Below, piece by piece: positions 8,151 to 18,947 of a stretch of 64,000 nt of DNA. Numbering within the stretch: position 1 is the stretch's first letter; every line of letters begins with the position of its first letter. The DNA is taken from contig DATLRP010000040.1 of NCBI GenBank assembly GCA_035534635.1, forward strand, positions 27,332-91,331, given 5' to 3'. The notes under the pieces were generated by a model. That model saw only the letters and a program-made list of their open reading frames with translations. It ran no database searches and was not told the DNA's origin. The stretch is from Terracidiphilus sp. Its GTDB lineage: Bacteria; Acidobacteriota; Terriglobia; Terriglobales; Acidobacteriaceae. A program made the translations under genes and the position numbers.

Positions 8151-9569
8151 TCATTTAGGCAAGGTCACGCCTGCGGGTGAGGGTTCGGAGGAGATTCTCC
8201 CAAGCTTCTTCAGCTGCATGCGCGCAATCACAGTCAGAGGAATCACCTGGACAGTTAGCTGCGCCACAAACGTCCCCAGCACCGCGCCCACAATTCCGTA
8301 GTGCTTCACGAACAGAATGGAAAGGCCCAGATTCACAACCGCCATGGCAATCGCGCACACCACCTGGGATTTGAGCTCTCCAATCCCGTTCAGCAGAAAA
8401 TTGATCGGCTGCAGGTAGGAGAAGACGAGACATTGCAGTCCGAAAATCGTTAATAGCATCATGGATGCCTGCATCTGGGGCCCCACCCAAAGAGCAAGAA
8501 TGCGATTGCCCAGAACAACCGACAGAATCGTAGCGCCCAGCGTAATCGAAGTTCCCGCCACGGTTACCCGCCGGAACGTTCTTCGAATCCAGGGGCCGTC
8601 ATGCCTCGCCATTGCGTCGGCATAGGCGGGCCACATGGAGCCGGAGAGCATGGTGATAAACGATACAATGATGTTGAACAGCCGCGCCGGAACTGCGTAC
8701 GCAGCCACGGCCTTGGCGCCAAGAATCTGCGCGATCACAACGTTATCCGTCTGCATCCCCACAGACATGGATACCTGCATCAGAAAAAACATCAAGCCGA
8801 TGCGCAAAAGGCGCGAAGCCACTGGACGCGAGAAATCGCGCGGATTCGGACACAATTCCGAGTGGGACCAGCCGAATAGCTCCATCCCGTTCAGGATCGT
8901 GACCACCACCGGAGGCCCGGACAAGCTGAGCACCAGCATCGGAAGCCCGGCGTGCACATGGATGGCCACCAGCAAAGCACCCAGCGACGATAGGCTGCCC
9001 AGCATGTTCCACAGGTTGTTGATGTAGGCGTTCTGCAGCCCTGTCCGCGTGCCCCGCACAATTCCCAGCGGCACATTCAGCACAAAGCAGAAGAAGAACG
9101 CAAGCAGCGCCGGGCCTGATTCGCGCATCGCAAGCGGTGCATGAACGTTGAACAACCGACTCGTATTCACGTGAGGATAGGCTAGGACTCCTCCCGCGGC
9201 GATCACAATGGCGATGGCGCTCAGCAGCCAGAACGCGCTTGCCGTGGCCTGCCGCGCGGTGCGGGCGTCCTCCTTCCCCGTCGCATCCGCAATAATGTTG
9301 ATTAACCCGTTGTTCATGCCCAGGTCCGCGAAGACGAACATCATCACAACCGAGGTGATCGTCATCCACATCCCGTAGCGCTCCGCCCCAAGATAGCGGA
9401 AGGTCAGGCGCACCGTCAGAATCGACGTGCCGAGAGACACCACGCGGCCCAGCGCTGCCGTCGTCCCCGTCAACGCCGCACGTCGATAGCGCTCGCGGGA
9501 GTGGGCCTCGGCGCTTTCCGGCCTGCCCCGGCCGGGCCGAAAAAGCTCCTTGATTTGGGAAAGATTCAT
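8151..9569 (-). CDS. oligosaccharide flippase (Wzx / MOP superfamily polysaccharide biosynthesis protein)
   Basis: ~12 predicted TM helices and the typical N-terminus RVVSLGTSILTVRLTFRYLGAERYGMWMTI. An alternative GTG start is at 9593. Confidence 0.8.
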   Translation of the reverse strand: MNLSQIKELFRPGRGRPESAEAHSRERYRRAALTGTTAALGRVVSLGTSILTVRLTFRYLGAERYGMWMTITSVVMMFVFADLGMNNGLINIIADATGKEDARTARQATASAFWLLSAIAIVIAAGGVLAYPHVNTSRLFNVHAPLAMRESGPALLAFFFCFVLNVPLGIVRGTRTGLQNAYINNLWNMLGSLSSLGALLVAIHVHAGLPMLVLSLSGPPVVVTILNGMELFGWSHSELCPNPRDFSRPVASRLLRIGLMFFLMQVSMSVGMQTDNVVIAQILGAKAVAAYAVPARLFNIIVSFITMLSGSMWPAYADAMARHDGPWIRRTFRRVTVAGTSITLGATILSVVLGNRILALWVGPQMQASMMLLTIFGLQCLVFSYLQPINFLLNGIGELKSQVVCAIAMAVVNLGLSILFVKHYGIVGAVLGTFVAQLTVQVIPLTVIARMQLKKLGRISSEPSPAGVTLPK

Positions 9570-9735
9570 CGCCTGGAAAGCTCTTCCGTGCACAGCGCTT
9601 GCCGCCTGCTCGCGCGCGCCGCAATGCGCTCTGCCAATCGCACTCCAATCGTCTGTCTGGCGGACTCACTGCGAACGTGCGCATCCGGCGTACTCGCGCG
9701 CTGTCTCTGCAGCAGGGGGCGCGCATTCCCGCCGT

Positions 9736-11103
9736 TCAGCTCCGTGCCGCCGTCGCAAGCCGCTCTCGTAATGGCGTGCGATTCCACCTGCCCTTGAAGA
9801 ATCTTCGGTTCCGGTCGCTGGCCATCGGAAACCGTTCTACCACTTCAAGAGCGAAGAGAATCACCAGAGAGTCAATCGAGCGTCGGGTAGTGTTGAACGG
9901 AGAGAAGAACACGTCCCACACGAAGCCCGCCAGCAGCCAGGAGTAATACGGCGCAAGCGCGGGCTGCGCCAGCGCCGTCCGCATCAGCCCCTTCAGCACA
10001 ACCCACAGCACGTAGACCCAGAACACCGCACCCAGAATTCCCGCCTGCACCCACGAGCTCATGATGTGCGAGTGCGCAGGAATCGTTGCATCACTCGAAT
10101 CCTCGCTGGACTGCAAGGTGTCGGTTGGAATGTCATATTTTACGTCCACGTCATACAGCATCTCCGTGTACTTCAAGTCCTGCGCCCACGACCCGTGTCC
10201 GAGGATCGGGCTGTCCATCACCGCCTGCGAAGAAACAAAGATCTCCGGACGGCCACCAAGCAGCATCCCGACGAGGGACTGCGACTGCGCCAGATTCTTT
10301 TCCTGCGCCTCGGCGCTGATCCACCCGGCTCTGGTCACTAATTGCACCAGAATTCCTGAGAGTGCGCCGAAACCCAGGGCGATGCAAATCAACACCATCA
10401 CCCGCTTCGGCGACCCCGCTCTGGGCAAAAGCCGCATTCGGCCCACTCGTTCAGGTACCACCGGAACCACAAGCGCCATCGTCACCATCAGAAGCAAGAT
10501 CGGAGACCGAAAGTTCATCAGCAGATTGACAACCACCAGAGTGACAATCAGGCCGCCCACAATCCAATAGCGCTTCCGATAGTGGAAGTAGCAGCTCAGC
10601 AGGATTACAAGCACCATCGTGCCCTCGGCGTAGCCAAACTTCCACGGATAGTCCGCCGCCGCATCCGAAAGCTGAAAGCGCGTCGCCAGCAGCGACCCTA
10701 TGCCGTAACCCGCCACAAACACCGCCTGCCGTCGCACGTTCTTTGAAAGCAGAACCGTCAGCGTCGCCAGGTTGAGCGCGAAAAACAGAATGCGCGCATC
10801 GCCGCGCATCCAGTTGTACGGGATCGTCTGCCGATAGATGTCGGTCAGAATCTGCCCAAGCAGCCAGAACCCCATCAGCAGATACACCGCCTTCATGCCC
10901 GGTTGCAGTACTTTCTTGGGCTGCGTGACCAGCAGAAACGGAAGCAGCAGGAACATCGCGACCTCGGAAACCTGGATGATTCCAACAAGTCTGACCGTAA
11001 ACGAGGCAGAGAGTCCCAGAAGCAGGGCCACAACATCCATGCCGCCAAACGCAAGTCCCTTCCTGGGTGCCTGGCGCACATTCCCGAACCGGCTTGTTCG
11101 CAT
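9736..11103 (-). CDS. O-antigen polymerase/ligase-like membrane protein (Wzy analogue)
   Basis: Polytopic membrane protein with a large periplasmic loop and a Wzy_C-like motif (GHGSW..IPAHSHIMSSWVQAGILG). ATG 11103 has GAGGTGA 6 nt upstream. The ORF track starts at 11145. Confidence 0.75.
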   Translation of the reverse strand: MRTSRFGNVRQAPRKGLAFGGMDVVALLLGLSASFTVRLVGIIQVSEVAMFLLLPFLLVTQPKKVLQPGMKAVYLLMGFWLLGQILTDIYRQTIPYNWMRGDARILFFALNLATLTVLLSKNVRRQAVFVAGYGIGSLLATRFQLSDAAADYPWKFGYAEGTMVLVILLSCYFHYRKRYWIVGGLIVTLVVVNLLMNFRSPILLLMVTMALVVPVVPERVGRMRLLPRAGSPKRVMVLICIALGFGALSGILVQLVTRAGWISAEAQEKNLAQSQSLVGMLLGGRPEIFVSSQAVMDSPILGHGSWAQDLKYTEMLYDVDVKYDIPTDTLQSSEDSSDATIPAHSHIMSSWVQAGILGAVFWVYVLWVVLKGLMRTALAQPALAPYYSWLLAGFVWDVFFSPFNTTRRSIDSLVILFALEVVERFPMASDRNRRFFKGRWNRTPLRERLATAARS

Positions 11104-11172
11104 GGGAATCACCTCAATGCGGAGAATGTCCTTCTCCCAGTCCATCGATCCAGCGTGGTACGGCCTGGTCTT

Positions 11173-13365
11173 CTAGTCCGTGTCCCGCTCGCCGTAGTAT
11201 TCGTAGTACTTCCTGCCGTAGTATTCGGAATATTCCGGCGACCTGAAATCCACTGCGTTCAGCGCCACGCCCAGCAAGTGCGTGCCCGAGCGATCCAGCA
11301 GGTCGATGCCGCGTTGCACCACGTGCCTCTGCGAAGCGCCATAACGAACAATCAGGATGGTCGCGTCGGCTAGCCTTCCCAGAATCGAAGCATCCGTGAC
11401 GGCGAGCACCGGCGGCGTATCGATGAAGATGAAATCGTAATCGGAGCGCAGTTGCTCCAGCAGGCGCTCCATCTCTATTGATCCCAGCAGCTCCGAGGGC
11501 AGCGGTGGAACCGGGCCAGAGGTCATGATGTCCAGATTTGGCAGATCGGCCCACTGCGTGATGCCCTCACGGTAAGGCGCCTTTCCTGACAAGATCGATG
11601 AAAGGCCGCTGCCATTCGGAATGCGGAAGCGCAAATGCACCGAGGGGCGTCTCAAGTCCCCGTCCATCAGCAGCACGCGCGAGCCGTTCAGGGCAAAGGT
11701 AATTGCAATCAGCGTGGACACAGAGCTCTTGCCTTCCGCCGGCCGCGTGCTGCAGATCATCACCGCCTTGGGCGGAGCTCCCGGGCTCGAAAGCAGAATG
11801 GCGGTCCTCATGCCGCGCAGCGCCTCGGCAATGCGCGACCAGGAAGCCCTTGCTTTCGACACCGCTGCCGCACGGAATCGCACCGGCTGCAGATCCTCGG
11901 TTTCCACCTCAGGAATCGCGGCAAGCAACGGCAGTTGCAGCGCCTGCTCCACCTCGTTCATCGTCTTCAGGTTGGTGTCCATGGCATCAAGCAGCAGCGC
12001 CAGGACCAGGCCAAGTCCCAGGCCGGCGCCGGCGCCAATCGCCAGATTCACGTTCTTCTTCGGATGGCTCGGATACACCGGAATATCGGCATTGTCCACG
12101 ATATGAATCGAGGTCGAGTGAAGCCCGGAGATAATCCCGGCTTCCTGTAGCCGTTGCTGCAGCCCGTCGTAGAGCTGCCTTGCCGCTTCGTAATCACGCC
12201 GTGAAAAATCAAACCGGGCGCCCTGCGCGCCTTTGCTGTAGGCAATATGTTCCTCGGCCTCCAGCTTGCTGCGGAGCATGTTCTCGTTGTTCTGCGCAGC
12301 GTCGAACTCCTTCTGCATGCGCGCCACTTCGGCGCGCTCGTTCTGCCTGAGCGTTCTCTTTAGCTCACGAATCTGCGCACGCAGCGACTTCACCTCCGGA
12401 TACGACGGCCCGTAGGTCTGCGTCAACGAAGCATACTCCGTTTGAAGATCGTTCAACTTCTCTCGCGAGGCCTGCAACACCGGATTCGCCACGCCCGCGG
12501 CCACGTCGATCACATCCGGTGAGGCCGACTTCAGCGCCCGCAACTGCGCCTCTTTCAGCATCCGGTCAGCTTCTGCATTCGCAAGCTGCTTGTTCAGTTC
12601 CTCCAGATTGGTCACCAGAACGCTGTCCTTCGGATCGATGCCCACGATTCCCAGGCTCTTCTGGTCGGCCACCATCTGTGCCTGGCTCTTCTCCAGCCGC
12701 TCTTTCAAGTCCGTTAGCTGCGAGTTCAGCCAGCCTGACACCTTTGCGGTCGAGTTGTAGCTCTCCCGGAACGAGTGCTCAATATAGTTGTCAATCAGCG
12801 TATTGGCCGCCAGGCTCGCCAGTCCCGGCTTGCCCGAGGTGAAGCTCACGTTGATGATGCTCGTGTGGCCCAGCCGTTCCACATGCAAATCGCCTTTGAA
12901 TACGGATTCAAGCAGTTCACGTACCGCCGGATCGGACAAGTCCCACGGATGCCCTTTCGAATACGCATGAAAATCCTGGTTCTGTTCAAGATGCAGCGCA
13001 CTTATCGTTTCAAGCGCCAGCGTCCGGCTCTCCAGAATCGCAATCTCGGTGTCCAGCTTCTCGCCCTCGTCTCCGCCGGCCAGATCCTGCACCTGCTCCA
13101 GCCGGAACTGCGAGGACATATCCGGCACAATGTCGATCTGCGCCGTAGCGGTGTACTTCTTGCGCACCAGAACGTTCGCAACCACCGCAACCGCAAGGCC
13201 CAGCGCAAGTCCCGCCACGATCATCCATCCGCGCTTCTGCAGGAACTGGACAATCCGTCCAATGGAGTCGCTCTCCGGGGTCAGACCCGATAGCTGCCCT
13301 AGGTTCGGCGCCAGATCATAATTTGGCGGCGTGGGTTCCTCATTTGGATTCGTTGGTTGTTTCAC
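11173..13365 (-). CDS. polysaccharide co-polymerase / BY-tyrosine autokinase (Wzc/ExoP/GumC-like)
   Basis: Wzz-type N-terminus with 2 TM helices and a long coiled coil. Walker A (STRPAEGKSS) and A' (LLMDGDLRRP). C-terminal Tyr cluster EYSEYYGRKYYEYYG. Confidence 0.9.
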   Translation of the reverse strand: MKQPTNPNEEPTPPNYDLAPNLGQLSGLTPESDSIGRIVQFLQKRGWMIVAGLALGLAVAVVANVLVRKKYTATAQIDIVPDMSSQFRLEQVQDLAGGDEGEKLDTEIAILESRTLALETISALHLEQNQDFHAYSKGHPWDLSDPAVRELLESVFKGDLHVERLGHTSIINVSFTSGKPGLASLAANTLIDNYIEHSFRESYNSTAKVSGWLNSQLTDLKERLEKSQAQMVADQKSLGIVGIDPKDSVLVTNLEELNKQLANAEADRMLKEAQLRALKSASPDVIDVAAGVANPVLQASREKLNDLQTEYASLTQTYGPSYPEVKSLRAQIRELKRTLRQNERAEVARMQKEFDAAQNNENMLRSKLEAEEHIAYSKGAQGARFDFSRRDYEAARQLYDGLQQRLQEAGIISGLHSTSIHIVDNADIPVYPSHPKKNVNLAIGAGAGLGLGLVLALLLDAMDTNLKTMNEVEQALQLPLLAAIPEVETEDLQPVRFRAAAVSKARASWSRIAEALRGMRTAILLSSPGAPPKAVMICSTRPAEGKSSVSTLIAITFALNGSRVLLMDGDLRRPSVHLRFRIPNGSGLSSILSGKAPYREGITQWADLPNLDIMTSGPVPPLPSELLGSIEMERLLEQLRSDYDFIFIDTPPVLAVTDASILGRLADATILIVRYGASQRHVVQRGIDLLDRSGTHLLGVALNAVDFRSPEYSEYYGRKYYEYYGERDTD

Positions 13366-13528
13366 AGGATCGATTTCCTCTATGTTCGTTGCGATGATGA
13401 GCCTTTCGGTCTACCATCCGGCCTGCCGCTGCGCGCCGTTACGCTCCATGCCGCTTCCACACAGAGGGTCTGTTCCGTGGTCGCGGGATGATCGGCTCCC
13501 AAGCCTCGGCCAACCCACGCGCCTGCGG

Positions 13529-14560
13529 TCAGGGTTGGGCCACATATAAAACAGGGCCGGCCAGAGCAATTGCGGCCGCCAGGGCGCGCGTTGCCGTTTC
13601 CTTCAGGGCGCTTGGCGAAACGTAGATCACGTCGTCCTCGCGAACAGTCGGATCGGCCAGCTTCGCCGTCAGCACCTTGTGCAGGTCGACCTCTTCCGCC
13701 ACCCGCTTGCCGTCCGGCTCCGCATGAATCAGATACGTGTGCTTCTCCGACGAAAGCGGATTCACGCCGCCGGCCATCGCGACCACCTCCGAGAGCGTAA
13801 CGTGCGGGGAGCCGCACAGCGAATACGCACCCGGTTTGTGCACGTTGCCGCCCACGTATGCAATCCCGCACGCCCTCACCAGAATGCGGTCGCCCGGATG
13901 CACCGGGAGGTCATAACTGCTCGTGTTGTTCATCGTCGGATCCCACGGCACATCCACCTTCTTGCCAGGCTCGCTGTCGTTCGAAATCTCGATGATTCGG
14001 CCCGTGTTCGCCGTCAGCCCACCTGCTTCGGCCAGCACATCCGACAGCAGATGCTTCGCTGGAGGCGGATAAATCCCCGGCGCGCGCACCTCGCCCAGAA
14101 TCGTGATCTCGGATGCCGACGAATCCACCGTCACCGTCACATGCGGATTCATCATCAGCCCCTGCGTCTTCAGCTCCCTCGCGATCAGGCTCGACGCTCC
14201 CTCGCTGTTCAGGCCGCCGATGTGCACTGGACCCAGCAGCGGAACCGCAACTTCCCCGTTCTCTGAGACGCGGGTCGTCAGCGAAAAATCCGGCGCGTGG
14301 AAGACCAGCACATGCACCATCTGCCCCGCTGTGATCGGCAAATCCGTCAGTCCTCCCACATTCGCCAGGCTGGTATCGGGGCTATTCGGTGAGTGACCGC
14401 CCCCCTCCAGAATCGGTGTCAAAGCCGGTCTCTCCGTCTGTCCCAGGGCCAACCCCGCCGTCAGCGCAAGAGCAGCCGCGGCCACCAGGGCCGGCGTCCG
14501 TCTCCGCAACGTCATCGGAAGATTGCCGCTTACTATTTTGACAAGACGCAATGCGTCCAT
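13529..14560 (-). CDS. polysaccharide export protein (Wza-like; Poly_export + SLBB domains)
   Basis: Signal peptide, then GDxxxV-type Poly_export core (ITAGQMVHVLVF..VSENGEVAVPLLGPVHIGGL), followed by SLBB repeats (ITILGEVRAPGIY; YVGGNVHKPGAY). GAGGAGAG lies upstream of the ATG. Confidence 0.85.
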   Translation of the reverse strand: MDALRLVKIVSGNLPMTLRRRTPALVAAAALALTAGLALGQTERPALTPILEGGGHSPNSPDTSLANVGGLTDLPITAGQMVHVLVFHAPDFSLTTRVSENGEVAVPLLGPVHIGGLNSEGASSLIARELKTQGLMMNPHVTVTVDSSASEITILGEVRAPGIYPPPAKHLLSDVLAEAGGLTANTGRIIEISNDSEPGKKVDVPWDPTMNNTSSYDLPVHPGDRILVRACGIAYVGGNVHKPGAYSLCGSPHVTLSEVVAMAGGVNPLSSEKHTYLIHAEPDGKRVAEEVDLHKVLTAKLADPTVREDDVIYVSPSALKETATRALAAAIALAGPVLYVAQP

Positions 14561-14636
14561 AAGGTACTGCTCTCCTCGCGTTGCTACACTTTAGCGCGCC
14601 GGGCTGATGCCTGGCTCCGCGCCGCCTGTTCTCCGC

Positions 14637-15608
14637 CTACTTCGCGGCCGTTTCCAGCTGTCCGCGCGCTGACTCGTACGTCCGCAGAATCCCCTCGCGC
14701 AGGCCCGTCTTCGCCTTCCATCCCAGCGACTCAATCCGGCTCACGTCCAGCAGCTTGCGCGGCGTGCCGTCCTGCTTTGTCCGATCGAAAACCAACCTGC
14801 AGTCGAACTCCAGAATCTCGGCCACCAGCTCCGCCAGTTCCCGAATCGTCAGGTCCGTGCCCGTTCCAATGTTCACCAGCGGCGCGCTCTCTTGCTTCAG
14901 GAGGCTCCCGAAGGTCGCCTCCGGCAGGCTCGCCAGATGAATGCACGCTTCGGCCAGGTCGTCGCTGTAAAGGAACTCACGCCGCGGCTCGCCGCTTCCC
15001 CACACTTCCAGCTCGCGCCTGCCCGCCTGCTTTGCCTCCGCCGCTTTGCGCATCAACGCCGGCAGCACGTGCGATCCCTGCAAATCAAAGTTGTCCCCCG
15101 GTCCATACAGATTGGTCGGCATCGCCGCAAGAAATTGCGTTCCGTACTGCCGGTTATATGACCAGCACATCTCGATGCCCGCAATCTTCGCCAGCGCATA
15201 CGCGCGATTCGTCGGCTCCAGCGGGCCCGTCAGCAGGTACTCTTCCTTGATTGGCTGCGGCGCCATCTTCGGATAAATGCAGCTTGAGCCCAGAAACAAC
15301 AGCCGCTTCACGCCGCTGCGATAGCTTGCGTCGATCACGTTCGTCTGGATCTCCAGATTCTCGCGGATAAAGTCCGCCGGATACGTATCGTTCGCCAGAA
15401 TCCCGCCCACCTTCGCCGCCGCCAGAAACACATATTCCGGCTTCTCCGCCTCAAAAAACGCGCGCACCGCCGCGCGATCGCCCAGCTCCAGCTCGGCGTG
15501 CGACCGCAGCACCAGGTTTCGAAATCCGCGCGCCTCCAGCCCGCGCCGGATCGCCGATCCCACCAGTCCGCGATGCCCCGCCACGTAGATCCGGCTGCTC
15601 GTCTCCAT
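14637..15608 (-). CDS. fcl: GDP-L-fucose synthase
   Basis: RIYVAGHRGLVGSAI, FLGSSCIYP, and YALAKIAG. Full-length Fcl/WcaG-like. The ORF-track TTG start at 15638 overlaps the gmd stop (TTGA). Confidence 0.9.
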   Translation of the reverse strand: METSSRIYVAGHRGLVGSAIRRGLEARGFRNLVLRSHAELELGDRAAVRAFFEAEKPEYVFLAAAKVGGILANDTYPADFIRENLEIQTNVIDASYRSGVKRLLFLGSSCIYPKMAPQPIKEEYLLTGPLEPTNRAYALAKIAGIEMCWSYNRQYGTQFLAAMPTNLYGPGDNFDLQGSHVLPALMRKAAEAKQAGRRELEVWGSGEPRREFLYSDDLAEACIHLASLPEATFGSLLKQESAPLVNIGTGTDLTIRELAELVAEILEFDCRLVFDRTKQDGTPRKLLDVSRIESLGWKAKTGLREGILRTYESARGQLETAAK

Positions 15609-15634
15609 CGTCTTCGACCGCCCCTTCTCTGCGC

Positions 15635-16720
15635 TCAACTTTCGTGGTGGTTGAACACCGAATACCCGTGCTTCTTGATCAGCGCGTCGCGCTCGGCCGT
15701 CTTCAGGTCCTCTTCCGCCATCTCCTTCACCAGCTCGCGAAACTTCGTCCGCGGCTCCCAGCCCAGCTCGCGCTTTGCCTTGCTCGGGTCGCCCAGCAGC
15801 GTCTCCACCTCCGTGGGCCGGTAGTAGCGCGGGTCCACGGCCACAATCACATTTCCCTTCGCGTCAATTCCCTTCTCCTCCGCACCAGCGCCTTCCCAGC
15901 GCAGCTCCATTTCCAGGAACTGGGCCGCAAGGCTCACAAAATCGCGCACGCTGTGCTGCTCGCCCGTCGCAATCACGTAGTCCTTCGGCTCCGACTGCTG
16001 CAGCATCAGCCACTGCATCTCCACGTAGTCCCGCGCGTGCCCCCAGTCCCGCCGCGCGCCCAGGTTGCCCAGGTAAAGCCTGTCCTGCAGCCCCACCTTG
16101 ATCCGCGCCAGCGCCCGCGTAATCTTCCGCGTCACAAACGTCTCGCCCCGCTGCGGTGATTCGTGGTTGAATAAGATTCCGTTGCACGCGTACATCCCGT
16201 ACGCCTCGCGATAATTCACCGTGATCCAATAGGCATAGAGCTTCGCCACCGCATAGGGCGACCGCGGATAAAACGGCGTTGTCTCCTTCTGTGGCGTCTC
16301 CTGCACCAGCCCGTACAGTTCCGACGTCGACGCCTGGTAAAAGCGAGCCGTCTTCTCCAGCCCCGCAATGCGGATCGCTTCCAGAATGCGCAGCGCGCCC
16401 AGCGCGTCGGAGTTCGCCGTGTACTCCGGCTCCTCGAACGAAACCTTCACGTGGCTCTGCGCCGCCAGGTTGTAAATCTCCTCCGGCTTCACCTCCTGCA
16501 CAATCCTGATCAGGCTGCTGGAATCCGTCATGTCGCCGTAGTGCAGCATGAAGTGCCGCCCCATCTGGTGCGGATCTTCATACAGGTGATCAATGCGCTG
16601 CGTATTGAACAGCGAGCTTCTCCGCTTGATTCCATGAACCTCATAACCCTTCGCAAGCAACAGCTCCGCAAGATACGCGCCATCCTGCCCGGTCACACCG
16701 GTAATTAGCGCTCGTTTCAT
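15635..16720 (-). CDS. gmd: GDP-mannose 4,6-dehydratase
   Basis: [46 protein letters not shown] is nearly identical in pattern to enterobacterial Gmd. AAGGAG lies 9 nt upstream of ATG 16720. Confidence 0.95.
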   Translation of the reverse strand: MKRALITGVTGQDGAYLAELLLAKGYEVHGIKRRSSLFNTQRIDHLYEDPHQMGRHFMLHYGDMTDSSSLIRIVQEVKPEEIYNLAAQSHVKVSFEEPEYTANSDALGALRILEAIRIAGLEKTARFYQASTSELYGLVQETPQKETTPFYPRSPYAVAKLYAYWITVNYREAYGMYACNGILFNHESPQRGETFVTRKITRALARIKVGLQDRLYLGNLGARRDWGHARDYVEMQWLMLQQSEPKDYVIATGEQHSVRDFVSLAAQFLEMELRWEGAGAEEKGIDAKGNVIVAVDPRYYRPTEVETLLGDPSKAKRELGWEPRTKFRELVKEMAEEDLKTAERDALIKKHGYSVFNHHES

Positions 16721-16796
16721 CGTTCCTGGCTCCTTTGTGTTGTGCGGCGGGTAGGCATCTCCCGCAATCAATCCCACGCGCCGGCCTTGCTCTCCG

Positions 16797-17738
16797 CTAA
16801 GCCGGTTGCTTCACACACTGCCTGAAGTACTCCAGGCTCAGCCGCAGCCCACTCTCCAGATCAATCTTCGGCGACCAGCCGAACAGTTTCTGCGCCTTGG
16901 TGATGTCCGGCCTCCGCTGCGCCGGATCATCCTGCGGTAACGGCCGGAACTTGATCGCGCTCTTCGATCCGGTCACCCGCAGCACCGCCTTCGCGCATTC
17001 CAGAATCGTCCACTCGCCCGGATTGCCAATATTCACCGGCGTGTGCTCGTCCGTGCGCGAGAGGCCCAGCAGTCCCTCGACCTCATCGCTCACATAGCAG
17101 AAGCTGCGCGTCTGGCTGCCGTCGCCGTAGACCGTCATCGTCTCGCCCTTTAGCGCCTGCGTCATCAGGTTTGAGATCACCCGCCCGTCGTCCTTGTGCA
17201 GCCGAGGCCCGTACGTATTGAAGATGCGCGCCAGCCGCGTGTCCACACCGTAATAGCGGTGATACGCCATCGTCAGCGCTTCTGAGAACCGCTTCGCCTC
17301 GTCGTACACGCTTCGCGGCCCAATCGGATTCACATGCCCCCAATACTCTTCCGTCTGCGGATGCTCCAGCGGATCTCCATAGCACTCCGAAGTGGACGCG
17401 TGCAGAAACTTCGCCCCGTATTTCTTCCCCACTTCCAGCGCATTCCGCGTCCCCGCCGACCCCACCATCAGCGTCTCCACACCCAGCCGGTCATAGTCCA
17501 CCGGGCTCGCCGGCGAGGCAAAGTTGAATACATACTCCACCGGTCCCGGATCGAACGGCTCGCAGATGTCCTGCTCGCGAAACTCGAACCGCGGATCATC
17601 TTTGAGCTGCTGCAGATTCGCAAGCGAACCCGTGCACAGGTTGTCCACTCCCACCACCGTGTGCCCTTCGCCGATCAGCGCGTCCGTCAAGTGCGAACCC
17701 AGAAAGCCCGCCACGCCCGTCACCAAAACCCGCATCAA
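16797..17738 (-). CDS. UDP-glucuronate decarboxylase (UDP-xylose synthase)
   Basis: [39 protein letters not shown], and [12 protein letters not shown] are UXS-family signatures. Confidence 0.9.
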   Translation of the reverse strand: MMRVLVTGVAGFLGSHLTDALIGEGHTVVGVDNLCTGSLANLQQLKDDPRFEFREQDICEPFDPGPVEYVFNFASPASPVDYDRLGVETLMVGSAGTRNALEVGKKYGAKFLHASTSECYGDPLEHPQTEEYWGHVNPIGPRSVYDEAKRFSEALTMAYHRYYGVDTRLARIFNTYGPRLHKDDGRVISNLMTQALKGETMTVYGDGSQTRSFCYVSDEVEGLLGLSRTDEHTPVNIGNPGEWTILECAKAVLRVTGSKSAIKFRPLPQDDPAQRRPDITKAQKLFGWSPKIDLESGLRLSLEYFRQCVKQPA

Positions 17739-17761
17739 TCCATCTCCCTGGCTCTCAATCT

Positions 17762-18919
17762 TCAGCCTCGCCGCGTTTTCTTTCCGGCCGCTTCCCGCAA
17801 CAGCTCCGTCAGCCGATCCACAGACGTGCGCCAGTTCATTCGTCCGGCAAATTCCGCGTAGGCGTTCTTCGCAAACCTTTCGTAGTCTCGCAGAACGGCC
17901 TGCGCCCGCTCCGCAAAGAGTCTTCCGTCATCCTCCAGCGGCAGCAGAAATCCCGTTTCGCCGTTCCGCACTGTCTCGGTCAGCCCGCCCGTCCGGCACA
18001 CCAGCGCCGGAAGCCCGAACGCTGCCGCCTCAGCCACCACCACGCCAAAAGCCTCCGCGCGCGAGGGCAGCAAAAACAGGTCAGAGGTTCGATACAACTC
18101 CACCAGCTTCCTGTAGCCTTCCGGATCGCGCTTGTTGATAAAGCCAAGCAGCTCCACAAACGGCGGCACCGGCACCGGCGGCGTGCACCCCACAAACTTC
18201 AGCGTCGTCGCAATCCCTGCCTCGTTCAACCGCCGCGCCGTCTCCACCGCAATCGCTCCGCCCTTGCGTTCCCACTCCACGCCCACGAAAAGGAGCGTGC
18301 AGCTCTTTGCCGTGTGCCGCACCCGTTCACGAATCCACTGCTCAACATCCGCGCCGCTGTGTTCCAGGGGAAGATTCGGCCCCAGAGGCAGCACCTTCAC
18401 GCGCTCCGGCTCGGTCAGCTTTCTTGCCTCCGCCGCCGCCCAGTCGGACGCGTAACACGCGAATCGCGCACCGCGCAGCGCCGCCTCGTCCTGCAGTCGG
18501 GTCGCGCGCTCTGTGTGCGCGGAATGATTGCTCCGATAGTAGCCCCGCATCACATGGAAGTTCGCGTCCGTCCAGAACACCACCGGAACTTCCGGCCTCA
18601 CCCGCGTTCCCGGAATCGACGACGTCGAAAAAATCACGTCCAGCTTCTTCGCGCGAAACTTCCGTTCAATCTCCGCCGCAAAATGTCGCAGGCTCCACGC
18701 TTCGCGCTTCCAGTCAAAGTGCTCGCCCGCCCGCTTCGCATTCCACAGCATCGGCCCGTAGAGCCACTTCAGCCGCTGCCCCAGCGGCGAAATCACCTCC
18801 ACCTCCACCCCCGGCGTCTCCCGCAGCATGGCCAGAACGTGGGCCGGAATCCCCGACCAGCTCCGCACTGACGCGGCGTCCTCCACGGACGCGAAGCCCA
18901 CTCGCAGTCTCTCTTCCAT
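17762..18919 (-). CDS. glycosyltransferase family 4
   Basis: FLLPSRAEAFGVVVAEAAAFGLPALVCRTGGLTE (E-x7-E) and a GT-B fold. Confidence 0.8.
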   Translation of the reverse strand: MEERLRVGFASVEDAASVRSWSGIPAHVLAMLRETPGVEVEVISPLGQRLKWLYGPMLWNAKRAGEHFDWKREAWSLRHFAAEIERKFRAKKLDVIFSTSSIPGTRVRPEVPVVFWTDANFHVMRGYYRSNHSAHTERATRLQDEAALRGARFACYASDWAAAEARKLTEPERVKVLPLGPNLPLEHSGADVEQWIRERVRHTAKSCTLLFVGVEWERKGGAIAVETARRLNEAGIATTLKFVGCTPPVPVPPFVELLGFINKRDPEGYRKLVELYRTSDLFLLPSRAEAFGVVVAEAAAFGLPALVCRTGGLTETVRNGETGFLLPLEDDGRLFAERAQAVLRDYERFAKNAYAEFAGRMNWRTSVDRLTELLREAAGKKTRRG

Positions 18920-18947
18920 CCTCCGTCCTCATCGCAACGTGTCGCAC

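Noticed and set aside
13467-13477. 11-mer AGGGTCTGTTC identical to the left end of the 54480-54747 palindrome, in the wza-wzc spacer.
   Set aside because: The similarity does not extend beyond the 11 nt on either side, and no matching inverted partner lies nearby. It is most likely chance or an eroded fragment that cannot be supported.
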